This document shows positions 48,617 through 58,306 of a stretch of DNA of 64,000 nt, piece after piece. The translations under genes and the position numbers were made by a program. The notes under the pieces are model-generated. The model worked only from the letters and a program-made list of their open reading frames with translations. It was not told the DNA's origin and made no database searches. How positions within the stretch are numbered: position 1 is the first letter of the stretch; each line of letters starts with the position of its first letter. Origin of the DNA: an uncultured Flavobacteriales bacterium (lineage in GTDB: Bacteria > Bacteroidota > Bacteroidia > Flavobacteriales_D > Sanyastnellaceae); NCBI GenBank assembly GCA_938074325.1, contig CALJFZ010000029.1, positions 12,292 through 76,291 on the forward strand, written 5' to 3'.

Positions 48617-48624
48617 CAAAGATA
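48617..48624 (-). promoter_or_regulatory. -7 box for rpsO-pnp
   Basis: Minus strand TATCTTTG, 42 nt upstream of the rpsO ATG (48574). Confidence 0.5.
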
Positions 48625-48662
48625 CGGCTAAGAGCTGTGCCGACCAATGCTCCAAGGCTATT

Positions 48663-49523
48663 TTATTCGGACTTCGCAAAATCGCCCATGGCCTTGAGGC
48701 TGAACGCGACCTTCTCTTTGAGGTTCTTACGCTCGACTATGGCGTCCAAAAATCCGTGCTCCAACAAGAATTCAGAACGTTGGAATCCTTCTGGCAAGTC
48801 CTTTCCAATGGTCTCTTTCACCACACGCGGACCCGCAAATCCAATCAATGCGTTGGGCTCTGCAATGTTGATGTCGCCCAACATCGCAAAAGATGCAGTT
48901 ACACCACCTGTAGTGGGATCGGTCAAAATGGAGATGTAAGGCAAACCCGCTTTTGATAAGAGCGAAAGTTTTGCGCTCGTTTTCGCCATTTGCATCAGAC
49001 TCAGTCCTGCCTCCATCATACGTGCGCCCCCTGATTTGCTGATGCAGATGAAGGGACATCCCTTCTTCAATGCCAAATCGATGCCACGTGCAATTTTTTC
49101 TCCTACCACGCTGCCCATAGAGCCGCCGATGAACTGGAAATCCATGCAGCTGATGACGACGGGCATGCCGTCGAGTTCTCCTGATGCCGTGCGAAGTGCA
49201 TCTTGCAATCCTGTCTTTTTCTTGGCAGCCTCCAGACGGTCCGTGTATGCTTTGGTGTCAGAGAATTCCAACGGGTCGTCACTCGTGATCTTCGGTGCCA
49301 CCTCGCGGTACTTGCCCTCATCGAACAACAGGTTGAAATAAGCCTCGCTGCCCACACGGTCGTGGTGACCACAGTAATCACACACATTGAGGCGTTCGGC
49401 GTGTTGTTGCGATGTGATCACGTTTTTACAGCCTGGACATTGGTACCACGCCCCTTCCGGGATTTCCTTCTTCTCCGTGCTTTTTGTGGTAATGCCGTCT
49501 TGTATGCGCTTAAACCATCCCAT
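48663..49523 (-). CDS. accD: acetyl-CoA carboxylase carboxyltransferase beta subunit
   Basis: Zinc ribbon CPGCKNV...CDYCGHH, then [12 protein letters not shown] and [15 protein letters not shown]. Confidence 0.92.
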   Translation of the reverse strand: MGWFKRIQDGITTKSTEKKEIPEGAWYQCPGCKNVITSQQHAERLNVCDYCGHHDRVGSEAYFNLLFDEGKYREVAPKITSDDPLEFSDTKAYTDRLEAAKKKTGLQDALRTASGELDGMPVVISCMDFQFIGGSMGSVVGEKIARGIDLALKKGCPFICISKSGGARMMEAGLSLMQMAKTSAKLSLLSKAGLPYISILTDPTTGGVTASFAMLGDINIAEPNALIGFAGPRVVKETIGKDLPEGFQRSEFLLEHGFLDAIVERKNLKEKVAFSLKAMGDFAKSE

Positions 49524-49540
49524 GTCTCTCAGATTTGAGC

Positions 49541-49548
49541 CAAAGGTA
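49541..49548 (-). promoter_or_regulatory. -7 box for accD
   Basis: Minus strand TACCTTTG, 17 nt upstream of the accD ATG (49523). Confidence 0.5.
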
Positions 49549-49571
49549 ATTCACTTCCAAGAATCCACCCT

Positions 49572-51806
49572 TCAAAACGGATGGCCAATTCCAAGGTGCA
49601 CCATTCCCCGCGGTTCGCTCGGGTTTAGCCACCTCTGGCCTTGCCTTTGAGATGGGTCATAAAGCCTCAGCGCAGCATCTAAGCGTAGCAAGAAAAATTC
49701 AAAATCGAGGCGAAAACCAAGTCCTCCACCCCAAGCCATGGATTCCCATGCGAATTGCGTGGCGGGAGATTGAGCAGCGCTTGACTTTTCGGAGAGCCAG
49801 ACATTGCCCGCGTCTGAAAACCAAGCCACGCCGAAGGCTTCGGTCAACTTTTTCCTGTATTCCACGCTCCATTCCAATTGCATATCACCAACACCCGGCA
49901 CGATGCCCGCATCCAAAACATCTTGCTGGGCAAACCCCGGACCCAAATCACGAACGGACCAGCCGCGAACGCCATTGGCACCGCCTGCATAAAATGCACG
50001 ATCAAACGGCAGCACCTCCATGTTGGCGCCCGTTCCCGCCAACCCCAATTTCATCCTCGCATGAATTGAGCCTTCATAACTCAGCTGTTTCCCTACTGAC
50101 CAGTCCAATTCCCCTCGGAGGTAGTGAGCAAACGGGATGCCTCCGAGCAGGTATGCTCCCGAGGCAGATTCGCTCAACCCCAAAGGGCGAGCCAAGGCAG
50201 AAAGCCCAATCCCAGTCCACTCAGTTCCAACCCTCCCTCGACCATTGAATGACCGGGTGGACCAGTTTGTTTGCCAAATAAACTTCGAAGCGAGGGAAGT
50301 GTAATCGGTGAATCGCCCACTCAAAATGGGATTGGCCTGGTCCGATAGCCACGCTTCAAACTCTGCTTCTTTCGAGATGTTCGAGTACCTGAATTCGAGC
50401 GGAGTTACGGTCAGCTTGCTTTCGCGGGCGGCATTTTCAATCAGGTTGAATCCGTAAGCCACGGTTGCAGCCTCACGCGCATATTCAGGACGCACCTCGC
50501 GCAACCAGTTTGCCGAAACGGTTGTGCGGGCTTGATTCGAGGGGCGAAGTTTTTCCAACCGCAGCGGTGGCACCCCCAAGGTCGAGTAATCAAACTGAAA
50601 AGACCACGTACCACTGTTCGGCACCAATGCATCGCTGGTGTAGCTGAACGGGCGTGTAGATACGATTCCACCGGTCACCGACATTTCCAGTGCATCGCCA
50701 CGGCCCGAGAGGTTGTTGTTTACCAATCCTACACTGGCGATCGGTCCATAGCGGGCATCGCTCCGAATCATTTGCATCTCCGCGGAAATACCAAATCGCT
50801 TGGACAAATCCACTCCTACCTCGACGTCGTACACGGTTCCACGGGTTGCATCAGAGCGCAACGAACCCGGAATTTCCACTCGGCTGATGGCTGGCAACGC
50901 CACCAACCTGCTGTACGTATCCTGCAAAACGGACTCATTGAACACCATGTTGGAATCCATGGCAATCAAAAAGTCTGCCACATCGGGGTCAATGCAAGGC
51001 GCCCCTTCCGCGTCCCCGTTCAGGCACAACCACGACACCGACCCAAAACGGGCAAATTGGTGCTGGATCGGCTGGTCATCCGCGGCATAATCCAGAGGAA
51101 GCAATTCCACCTTGAGGTCGATCAACCTCGGTTCCAATGCCGCCGTGGAATCTGCCAGAAACGCAACGTGAGAAGCCTGTACCGTGGGGAATCCTCTGTT
51201 TCTGAATGCCGCTGCAATCTCAGCTCGGACATCGTCAAGCATCCGAACGTCGAAAACACGCCCTTCCAGCACGGATAAGTCGAAACCATTGAGCAATGGA
51301 TCCAATCCGCTCTCCCCTGGTTCCCAATTCACAAAACGCACGTTCCATGCATCACCTAAATCGATCACGTACTTGACTTTTGCCCCCTGATTGGCAGTGT
51401 CGATTTGCATGGCGCATTGCGCGTTCAGATATCCACTTTGCCGCGCCAATGCCTCAAGATTTTGGCGCGAACGCTCTGCCAAATAAGCATCATGAGCGAC
51501 CGGCGCCTCCCCCATCCGGTGTGCCAACCACCACCTTAAACCGCCCTCGCGTTTACCAGCAGCCTCGCGCCTTTTGATGGCTTTGTTGAGCGCCTCTGGG
51601 CGAACCAGCAGGTGCAATTGCATGGGCAAGCGCATGCCCAGCAATGTGTGATTGGGTTGTTCCCGAAGCACCTCCTGATAGCCCAACTCTGACTTCATGG
51701 AATGTCCTTCTGCATCCGTAACGCGGACGTCCTCGAGGAACAGCGCTCCTTCTGCCAGCCGTTTCGTCGGAGAACAAGCGGAGAGAAGCGCAAAAGCGCA
51801 TATCAT
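49572..51806 (-). CDS. BamA/TamA-family outer-membrane protein (surface antigen D15 barrel)
   Basis: Lipobox-like leader MICAFALLSAC. The C-terminal barrel has YAGGANGVRGW and ends ...HLGIGHPF (aromatic terminus). Start set at ATG 51806 to avoid overlapping the divergent trmH-family gene. Confidence 0.7.
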   Translation of the reverse strand: MICAFALLSACSPTKRLAEGALFLEDVRVTDAEGHSMKSELGYQEVLREQPNHTLLGMRLPMQLHLLVRPEALNKAIKRREAAGKREGGLRWWLAHRMGEAPVAHDAYLAERSRQNLEALARQSGYLNAQCAMQIDTANQGAKVKYVIDLGDAWNVRFVNWEPGESGLDPLLNGFDLSVLEGRVFDVRMLDDVRAEIAAAFRNRGFPTVQASHVAFLADSTAALEPRLIDLKVELLPLDYAADDQPIQHQFARFGSVSWLCLNGDAEGAPCIDPDVADFLIAMDSNMVFNESVLQDTYSRLVALPAISRVEIPGSLRSDATRGTVYDVEVGVDLSKRFGISAEMQMIRSDARYGPIASVGLVNNNLSGRGDALEMSVTGGIVSTRPFSYTSDALVPNSGTWSFQFDYSTLGVPPLRLEKLRPSNQARTTVSANWLREVRPEYAREAATVAYGFNLIENAARESKLTVTPLEFRYSNISKEAEFEAWLSDQANPILSGRFTDYTSLASKFIWQTNWSTRSFNGRGRVGTEWTGIGLSALARPLGLSESASGAYLLGGIPFAHYLRGELDWSVGKQLSYEGSIHARMKLGLAGTGANMEVLPFDRAFYAGGANGVRGWSVRDLGPGFAQQDVLDAGIVPGVGDMQLEWSVEYRKKLTEAFGVAWFSDAGNVWLSEKSSAAQSPATQFAWESMAWGGGLGFRLDFEFFLLRLDAALRLYDPSQRQGQRWLNPSEPRGMVHLGIGHPF

Positions 51807-51810
51807 CACA

Positions 51811-51818
51811 TAGCTTTG
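51811..51818 (+). promoter_or_regulatory. -7 box for the TrmH-family methyltransferase
   Basis: Exact match TAGCTTTG, 19 nt before ATG 51838. Confidence 0.45.
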
Positions 51819-51837
51819 CAACCTACACCCTCTCCCC

Positions 51838-52593
51838 ATGGATAAAGCCACCTTGCATGCCATTCGGTCGCTCCGCAGCAAACACGAACGAACCGAACAG
51901 AACCGTTTCATCGTGGAAGGCGAAAAGGGTGTATCCGAACTGTTTGAGAGCCGCTTGAGCATAGAGCGAATGTACTACGTCTCGACGATGGAACACGCTG
52001 TTCCAGTCGACCATCAGCACATGGCAGAACAAATCTCTGTTAAAGACATGGGCCGCATTTCGCAGATGAAAACGCCCCCAGGCATTTTGGCACTGGCGAC
52101 TATTCCGAAGGCGACGATGAATGAGGCAGCTGAAGCCGTTGAGGCCTCTCCCGCACAACATGGCATCGTCGCATGCCAAATCCAAGACCCCGGCAATTTG
52201 GGCACACTGATTCGCTCGGCAGATTGGTTTGGATTCGGTGCTGTTGTCATCACGGAGGGAACCGTGGATCCATGGAATGCGAAAACCGTTCAAGCCTCCA
52301 TGGGATCAATTTTTCGAGTCCCCATCGTTCAAGCGTCTTGGGAAGAATTGAACGCCATGTCCGGACACTACCACTTGGAAATGACCGGAACGTCTTACGC
52401 AGAAATAGAATGGGGCAGTGGTTGGGTTTGGGTCGGATCCGAATCGCATGGCTTTGAGCGCATCGAACTGCCTCGTGATTCAACAGCCGTTCACATTCCG
52501 CGTGTTGGAAGCGCCGAGTCGCTCAATGCAGGCGTTGCGGCATCCATTGTGTGCGCTGAGATTGCTCGCCAGAAAAATGCTTCAGCCCGCTAA
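51838..52593 (+). CDS. TrmH/SpoU-family RNA 2'-O-methyltransferase
   Basis: IQDPGNLGTLIRSADWFG, VGSESHGF and ESLNAGVAASI. Confidence 0.82.
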   Translation: MDKATLHAIRSLRSKHERTEQNRFIVEGEKGVSELFESRLSIERMYYVSTMEHAVPVDHQHMAEQISVKDMGRISQMKTPPGILALATIPKATMNEAAEAVEASPAQHGIVACQIQDPGNLGTLIRSADWFGFGAVVITEGTVDPWNAKTVQASMGSIFRVPIVQASWEELNAMSGHYHLEMTGTSYAEIEWGSGWVWVGSESHGFERIELPRDSTAVHIPRVGSAESLNAGVAASIVCAEIARQKNASAR

Positions 52594-53759
52594 GCTGATA
52601 CGGAGACCTCGTCCTGAGCAAGGACGCTGTTGATGAGCGGGTTCATCGTGATCTCGCACCACTTCTGTCGCACTTCGTCCGCTGTCACCTCGATGTCGGT
52701 AAGTGATGACACAATCACCGCTATCCGCTTTTCGCATTGTTCAGCAACTTCATTGTCCACTGGCTCCGGTGACCAATCTGTTGGCCAATTCTCACCGGGC
52801 CCCTGGTTCATTTTGCACCATTCTTGGGCTGCCCAATGCTGCGAAGGCCAGGCCTTCATGGCAAGGTGGAGCGCCTGATCTAAACGAGCAGCAAGATGAA
52901 CCGTTGGCCGCACTCCTTCAGGTGCCTCTTCCCATTTCACAGGATTGCAAAACGCCACGTGGATTCGCCCCTTCCATCCGAACAAGCCTTGCTTCATGCT
53001 GCGTTCATCTTCACCCGTGGACTTTTCGTATTCGCCGTTGTTCCGCTCGCGAATCAACAACTCCCTGACTTTCATTCCATCGCACGGATCCCATTCGTAG
53101 CTCAAACTCACTGGCTGAACTTTCAATCGGTTCCATGCTTCACCTTTCTCGCCGTTCAACAACATGCGAATCAAGGCAGGTGACGTTTTATCGTTGCCGT
53201 CTTTTGCCCTGCCTTCTCTTTGCGCCAACCAAACGGAAGCGTCCAGTTCGTTCACGACATGGCGGACGTAGTCTGCGACTTCCGCACTGCGCATCAACTG
53301 TTCGCGCGGCGTTCCACCACGCTGCACAATAAAACTTTTGTTCAGCCGCACCAGTTTTTCCACCCATTCCGTCTGCAACAGATTGCTGCCAATCCCAATC
53401 TGACAAGTGGACTCCCCACGTGACAACAGCGCCATGTTGACCAACGAAGGATCCAAGACGATGTCCCGGTGATTGGAGATAAACAAAGCACCGTGGCCTT
53501 CAAAGTCCTCAGGAAAATCCATTGTCACTTCCTCCGCCGTGCGTTCCAGCAACATATCGATGAACACCCGTGACATGCTGTCTTGGAAGGCATCTACACT
53601 TGTCAATCCTGTGAGACCTTGGGTCAATTCAGACGCTCGATCTTTTCCAACAAATGGACCCAACTGCGATTCCCAATCCAACGCACCGAGCAGGCACTGA
53701 ATTGCATCAGGCACTTCGCCGTCTAAATAGGGCCGCATATGCGCAAAAGAGTCGTCCAT
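52590..53759 (-). CDS. PlsC-family (HX4D) acyltransferase
   Basis: FISNHRDIVLDPS (HX4D motif) and WLAQREGRAKDGND. The stop shares CTAA with the convergent trmH-family gene stop. Confidence 0.7.
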   Translation of the reverse strand: MDDSFAHMRPYLDGEVPDAIQCLLGALDWESQLGPFVGKDRASELTQGLTGLTSVDAFQDSMSRVFIDMLLERTAEEVTMDFPEDFEGHGALFISNHRDIVLDPSLVNMALLSRGESTCQIGIGSNLLQTEWVEKLVRLNKSFIVQRGGTPREQLMRSAEVADYVRHVVNELDASVWLAQREGRAKDGNDKTSPALIRMLLNGEKGEAWNRLKVQPVSLSYEWDPCDGMKVRELLIRERNNGEYEKSTGEDERSMKQGLFGWKGRIHVAFCNPVKWEEAPEGVRPTVHLAARLDQALHLAMKAWPSQHWAAQEWCKMNQGPGENWPTDWSPEPVDNEVAEQCEKRIAVIVSSLTDIEVTADEVRQKWCEITMNPLINSVLAQDEVSVSA

Positions 53760-53784
53760 CTTCTGAGCCGCAATTTAGGTAACC

Positions 53785-53792
53785 TAAATTTG
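53785..53792 (+). promoter_or_regulatory. -7 box for the DEAD-box helicase (leaderless), embedded in a 19-bp palindrome
   Basis: Exact match TAAATTTG, 4 nt before ATG 53797. Overlaps the palindrome AATTTAGGT-A-ACCTAAATT (53772-53790). Confidence 0.55.
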
Positions 53793-53796
53793 TCCC

Positions 53797-55062
53797 ATGC
53801 GATTTGAAGACCTCAAGCTTACTCGACAGTTTCTCAATGCCATTGAAGAGGCAGGATACGACGAGGCGACTCCCATCCAGCAACGCGCCATTCCACCGTT
53901 GAGAGCGGGTCAAGATGTCATCGGAATCGCCCAAACAGGCACCGGCAAAACAGCTGCCTTTCTCCTGCCCCTTCTTCAAAGGCTGAAGTACGCCCAAGGC
54001 GAAGCGCCACGGGCTTTAGTCTTTGCTCCAACAAAAGAGCTGGTGGTGCAAATCCACCAAGAGGCACGGAAATTCGCCTCCTATACCGACCTCCGAATCG
54101 TTGCCTTTTACGGTGGTGTTGGACCCAAACAACAAATTGAGTCCATCGAAAACGGAGTGGATTTGATTGTCACAACGCCGGGACGGTTCTTGGAAATCTA
54201 CTCGCGCGGGCACATCGAGACAAAAAAAATCAAACACATCGTTTTGGATGAAGCAGACCGCATGATGGACATGGGATTCATGCCGCAAATCCGTCAAGTA
54301 CAGGAGGTGGTTCCAAACAAACGCCAAAACATCCTCTTCTCCGCCACCTTCCCTCCTCGGGTGGAAAGGCTTGCAGACGAGTTTTTGTTGTGGCCGACTA
54401 GGATTGAAGTCACACCGGAGAGCACACCCGTTTCAACGGTTACACAATACAAACTGGCATTGCCCAACCTGCGTACAAAAATCGCCTTCATTGAGTGGTA
54501 CGTGCGAGAGAAATTGGGCGAAGACCGGTTACTCGTTTTTACGCGGCGCAAAGAAGAAGCAGAAAACCTGTACAAATTTCTCCAACGCACGTTTGAAATC
54601 GGCATCCGGGCTGTGCACAGCAACAAGGGACAAAATTCCCGCATCAATGCCATGAACGAATTCCGTTCCGGGGATGTTCAAATCCTCATTGCCACGGACG
54701 TCGCCAGCCGCGGCATCGATGTGCCAGAGACGCAATGGGTGATCAATGCCTCCGTTCCACGTGATCCCCACGACTACATCCATCGCATCGGCCGCACCGG
54801 TCGGGCGTTTCGCGAAGGATCCGCGTTGACGTTGTTCGATCCGGCTGAGAAGTTTGCCATGGAGAGAATCGAATCGCTCACGGGCGAAGCCGTTCTCGAA
54901 TACCCAGAATTGCCGGAGTTAGAACCCTTCGAGACACCCAAGCGCGAAAAACAAGAGCAGGCAAGGGAAATTGACCGAGAACTCAAAAAACGCGATCCTG
55001 AATACAAAGGAGCTTTTCACGAGAAAAAGCGCAAATCAGGAAAGAAGCCTCGGCGCAAGTGA
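53797..55062 (+). CDS. DEAD-box ATP-dependent RNA helicase with basic C-terminal tail
   Basis: Q motif, AQTGTGKTAAF, VLDEADRMMDMGF, SAT and HRIGRTGRAF. The tail reads KKRKSGKKPRRK. Confidence 0.92.
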   Translation: MRFEDLKLTRQFLNAIEEAGYDEATPIQQRAIPPLRAGQDVIGIAQTGTGKTAAFLLPLLQRLKYAQGEAPRALVFAPTKELVVQIHQEARKFASYTDLRIVAFYGGVGPKQQIESIENGVDLIVTTPGRFLEIYSRGHIETKKIKHIVLDEADRMMDMGFMPQIRQVQEVVPNKRQNILFSATFPPRVERLADEFLLWPTRIEVTPESTPVSTVTQYKLALPNLRTKIAFIEWYVREKLGEDRLLVFTRRKEEAENLYKFLQRTFEIGIRAVHSNKGQNSRINAMNEFRSGDVQILIATDVASRGIDVPETQWVINASVPRDPHDYIHRIGRTGRAFREGSALTLFDPAEKFAMERIESLTGEAVLEYPELPELEPFETPKREKQEQAREIDRELKKRDPEYKGAFHEKKRKSGKKPRRK

Positions 55063-55440
55063 CCGATTCATGTCGCCTCGCTCCACCCAGGGAATCACCC
55101 CATCCCCTTCCAGCACATACCCCTCGTCGTAGCACATGATGACCATGCGTCCATCCTGGGCCAACTGAACATGGGTGTGGAAATTGAAATCGAACCCCTG
55201 CCTACGCAGCCAATACGCTCGGTCTTCAGGACCCAACTTCTCAAACGGATTCTTCCGCAATGCACTGAGCAAGGTGCGGTTCTTTTGAAGCACTTGATCG
55301 ACTCCTCGTTTGACGGCAGACAAAGAGTTGTTTCTTCGATGGTGCTTGACCCTGCAAGCGTCCTCACAAAAAAGTTTGTCGCTTCTTCCGTGCAAAGGCT
55401 CAGCACACTCCTTGCAACGATGTGATTTGATCTTGAACAT
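55036..55440 (-). CDS. hypothetical protein with N-terminal Cys4 zinc-ribbon-like motif
   Basis: MFKIKSHRCKECAEPLHGRSDKLFCEDACRVKHHRR. The 3' end overlaps the helicase 3' end by 27 nt. Confidence 0.4.
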   Translation of the reverse strand: MFKIKSHRCKECAEPLHGRSDKLFCEDACRVKHHRRNNSLSAVKRGVDQVLQKNRTLLSALRKNPFEKLGPEDRAYWLRRQGFDFNFHTHVQLAQDGRMVIMCYDEGYVLEGDGVIPWVERGDMNRSLAPRLLS

Positions 55441-55512
55441 GCTGCCAAGAAAAAACGGACTAACCCACAAGCAATGAGTTATTTACAGATGACAAGCCAA
55501 AATTGACATCCG

Positions 55513-56337
55513 TTAAGCGACCAACCGGCCCATCCATTCTTTAAACAGGCGCGTAAGCTTCGGCTCAGCAGCCTTTGCCACTTCCACCACTTCATCCAAA
55601 TCAAACGGAGCCAGGTTTTCAGGGTTGCATTCATCCGTGATGACGCTTACTGCGGCACACGGAAGCCCCATGTGAACGGCGGCAATTACCTCAGGGACAG
55701 TGGACATGCCTACGGCGTCTGCACCAATGGTGCGCAAGTACCGGTATTCAGCTCGGGTCTCTAACTGCGGGCCAGGCACCCCAGCATAAACGCCCGTGTA
55801 CAGGGGAATGTCCAATTCGCGCGCTACGTCAAACAAGGAGGCGCTCAATCCGGAACTGTAAGGCTGGCACATATCTGGGAATCGCGTCCCTAAGGCATCG
55901 AGGTTGGGACCACGCAACGGAGAATCAGGAAATAGGTTGATGTGGTCCTCGAGGCACATGAGTGAACCCTTCGCCATGTTGGGGTTCAAACTGCCGGCAG
56001 CATTGGAAATCAAGAGGGCCTTTGCGCCTAGCATTTTGGAAATCCGCACGGGCTTTACCACTTGTTCCATCGTATACCCTTCATAGTAGTGAAACCTCCC
56101 TTGCCAGGCTATAACCCGCTTTCCCGCTAGCACACCGTAAATGAGCTTGCCGAAATGAAACTCAACCGTGGCCACTGGAATGTGCGGAATTTGACTGTAG
56201 TTCCATTCGTGCTCTGCTTCTATTTCCTTGACCAAGCCTCCGAGCCCCGTGCCAAGAACAATGGCCACGTCGACATCTCCAACCCCCCGTGCTTGCAAAT
56301 ACTCCACAGACGCCTGCAGTTCTTCTTGAATATCCAT
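55513..56337 (-). CDS. purine nucleoside phosphorylase (trimeric PNP family)
   Basis: GTGLGGL, GRFHYYEGY, SNAAGSLN and GMSTVPEVIAA. Start set at ATG 56337. Confidence 0.87.
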   Translation of the reverse strand: MDIQEELQASVEYLQARGVGDVDVAIVLGTGLGGLVKEIEAEHEWNYSQIPHIPVATVEFHFGKLIYGVLAGKRVIAWQGRFHYYEGYTMEQVVKPVRISKMLGAKALLISNAAGSLNPNMAKGSLMCLEDHINLFPDSPLRGPNLDALGTRFPDMCQPYSSGLSASLFDVARELDIPLYTGVYAGVPGPQLETRAEYRYLRTIGADAVGMSTVPEVIAAVHMGLPCAAVSVITDECNPENLAPFDLDEVVEVAKAAEPKLTRLFKEWMGRLVA

Positions 56338-56362
56338 GCAGGAAAAGTACGAACTTCGTAAT

Positions 56363-57541
56363 ATGGAAACAGCGAAAACTACGGTTGGCGTCATCGGCGC
56401 CGGAGCCATGGGTTCAGGCATTGCACAATTGGCTGCACAAGCCGGGCATCCCGTCGTATTGGTGGATCAGTCAGCAGATGCGCTTGACAGAAGCGCAGCC
56501 CAGCTGGCCAAAGTCGCAGACCGATTGATTGAAAAGGGCAAATGGACCCCAGAATTCAGCCAGAGCGTGCAGGAACGTATTCACCGCACCACGGAGTTGA
56601 CCGCGCTCGAATCCTGCGATTGGATCGTAGAGGCCATTGTTGAAAAACTCGAAGTAAAACAATCCTTGTTTCAATCCCTTGAGGCCATCGTGGACCCACA
56701 AACGGTGCTTGCTTCAAACACCTCCTCGCTGTCGCTAACTGCCATCGCAGGTGGACTGAAGCATCCCGAGCGATTTATCGGGCTGCACTTCTTCAACCCG
56801 GCCCCTTTGATGGCACTTGTCGAGATCATTCCGGCGCTCCAGACAGATAAACGCTGGGTGGAAGCGGCCCGAACGATGATGGTGGACTGGGGTAAATCGC
56901 CGGTTGTGGCGAAAGACACGCCGGGATTTATTGTCAACCGGGTGGCCCGACCGTTTTATGGCGAAGCGCTGCGAATGGTGGAAGAAGGGATTGCCGATGC
57001 TCCGACCATCGATGCCGCCATGCGCAACGCAGGCTTCCGAATGGGCCCCTTTGAACTGATGGATCTGATTGGCAATGATGTCAATTACGCAGTTTCCTGT
57101 TCGGTATTCAGTTCCTTCTATAATGATCCGCGTTACCGTCCAAGCCTCATCCAGAAGCAACATGTTGATGCCGGTTGGTACGGAAGAAAGTCAGGTCGGG
57201 GTTACTACGATTACAACGAAGGCGCCGGCAAAGTGGAAGTGAAGGAGGAGGCGTTGGCGCCCAATACGTTTGAACGCATTCAAGAGCGCATCGTGGCCAT
57301 GTTGATCAATGAGGCGTCAGATGCCGCTTACCTGCACATCGCTTCTCCCCAGGACCTTGAGGTAGCCATGACCAAGGGCGTAAATTACCCCAAAGGCCTG
57401 TTGCAGTGGTGCAATGAGTGGGGAGTGACGAAAGCATTGGCCATTCTGGAGGGCCTGCATAACCGCTACGGAGACGATCGGTACCGCCCCAGTCCCATCC
57501 TTCGTGACATGGCAGCAAGCAACAGCCGTTTCGAGGTCTAA
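56363..57541 (+). CDS. 3-hydroxyacyl/3-hydroxybutyryl-CoA dehydrogenase
   Basis: VGVIGAGAMGSGIA Rossmann motif, NTSSLS, HFFNPAP and GFIVNR, plus an extra C-terminal 3HCDH_C-like repeat. The alternative upstream ATG 56336 would overlap the divergent PNP start. Confidence 0.85.
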   Translation: METAKTTVGVIGAGAMGSGIAQLAAQAGHPVVLVDQSADALDRSAAQLAKVADRLIEKGKWTPEFSQSVQERIHRTTELTALESCDWIVEAIVEKLEVKQSLFQSLEAIVDPQTVLASNTSSLSLTAIAGGLKHPERFIGLHFFNPAPLMALVEIIPALQTDKRWVEAARTMMVDWGKSPVVAKDTPGFIVNRVARPFYGEALRMVEEGIADAPTIDAAMRNAGFRMGPFELMDLIGNDVNYAVSCSVFSSFYNDPRYRPSLIQKQHVDAGWYGRKSGRGYYDYNEGAGKVEVKEEALAPNTFERIQERIVAMLINEASDAAYLHIASPQDLEVAMTKGVNYPKGLLQWCNEWGVTKALAILEGLHNRYGDDRYRPSPILRDMAASNSRFEV

Positions 57542-57544
57542 GCG

Positions 57545-58300
57545 TTACCAGCGGCGAATGCTGTGAGAAGCGTGGGTGACATCCCCCTCGCGCAGGATTC
57601 CCTTCTCGCCAAACGCATCCATGCGCACTTCGCCAGCGGCGTGCAAAATGCAATCCGCTGCGAGCAAAATGCCGACGTGGATTACACGGCCTTCTGCATT
57701 TTGAAAGAACGCTAAATCACCGGCTTTTTGGTCGCCGTAAGCCACGTCTTGACCTTCCAACGCCTGCATGGACGCGTCGCGCGGCACAGACCTACCCATT
57801 AATGCCCATGTGACTTGCACCAACCCTGAACAGTCGATACCAAAGACGGATTTTCCACCCCATAAATAGGGCGCTCCGAGAAATTGCTGAGCAGCAGACA
57901 CGGGATCATCAAATACCGAAAGCGCTGAGCTCACATCACCTACCGGGCTGATTTCTGTCCCGTTCAAAGCCCATTGGCCGTCGGCATTGCAATGCACCAA
58001 ACACCCGGCTGGCAGTTGAAGCAAAGCGTCGTCTGAACGGCGCCAGGAGGAAGAGGCGGATTGCAGAACGAGGCTAGCCCCACTTGAAGGAGCGGCTGCC
58101 TGCCATTGTTTCGAGTCCGCCCACCCCTGGTATCCATCCCGTTGCAGCTCGAGTTTAACCCAATCCTTTTTGCCGATCTCGAGCACCGTCGCAGCTTCGC
58201 CACCTAGGGCTTGCGTGCACAACTCAGCCGCATCACTGGCTAGACTGCGAACCGGTCCGATTGGAACCGAAAGCACCAGGGTATCTCCGACCTTCATCAC
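57545..58300 (-). CDS. NlpC/P60 (C40) peptidase with N-terminal SH3b-like domains
   Basis: YLWGGKSVFGIDCSGLVQ (catalytic Cys) and HVGILL (His). Confidence 0.8.
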   Translation of the reverse strand: MMKVGDTLVLSVPIGPVRSLASDAAELCTQALGGEAATVLEIGKKDWVKLELQRDGYQGWADSKQWQAAAPSSGASLVLQSASSSWRRSDDALLQLPAGCLVHCNADGQWALNGTEISPVGDVSSALSVFDDPVSAAQQFLGAPYLWGGKSVFGIDCSGLVQVTWALMGRSVPRDASMQALEGQDVAYGDQKAGDLAFFQNAEGRVIHVGILLAADCILHAAGEVRMDAFGEKGILREGDVTHASHSIRRW

Positions 58301-58306
58301 CTCGGG

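Noticed and set aside
51807-51962. An N-terminal extension of the BamA/TamA-like ORF (start 51962) overlapping the divergent TrmH-family gene.
   Set aside because: An internal ATG at 51806 gives a proper lipobox/signal leader (MICAFALLSAC) and removes the 125-nt overlap. A -7 box for the trmH-family gene sits at 51811-51818.
56335-56338. Divergent PNP and 3-hydroxyacyl-CoA dehydrogenase ORFs appear to share overlapping start codons (CATG).
   Set aside because: The dehydrogenase Rossmann motif begins right after the second Met (METAKTTVGVIGAG, ATG 56363), which is the more likely start. That leaves a 25-bp gap rather than an overlap.
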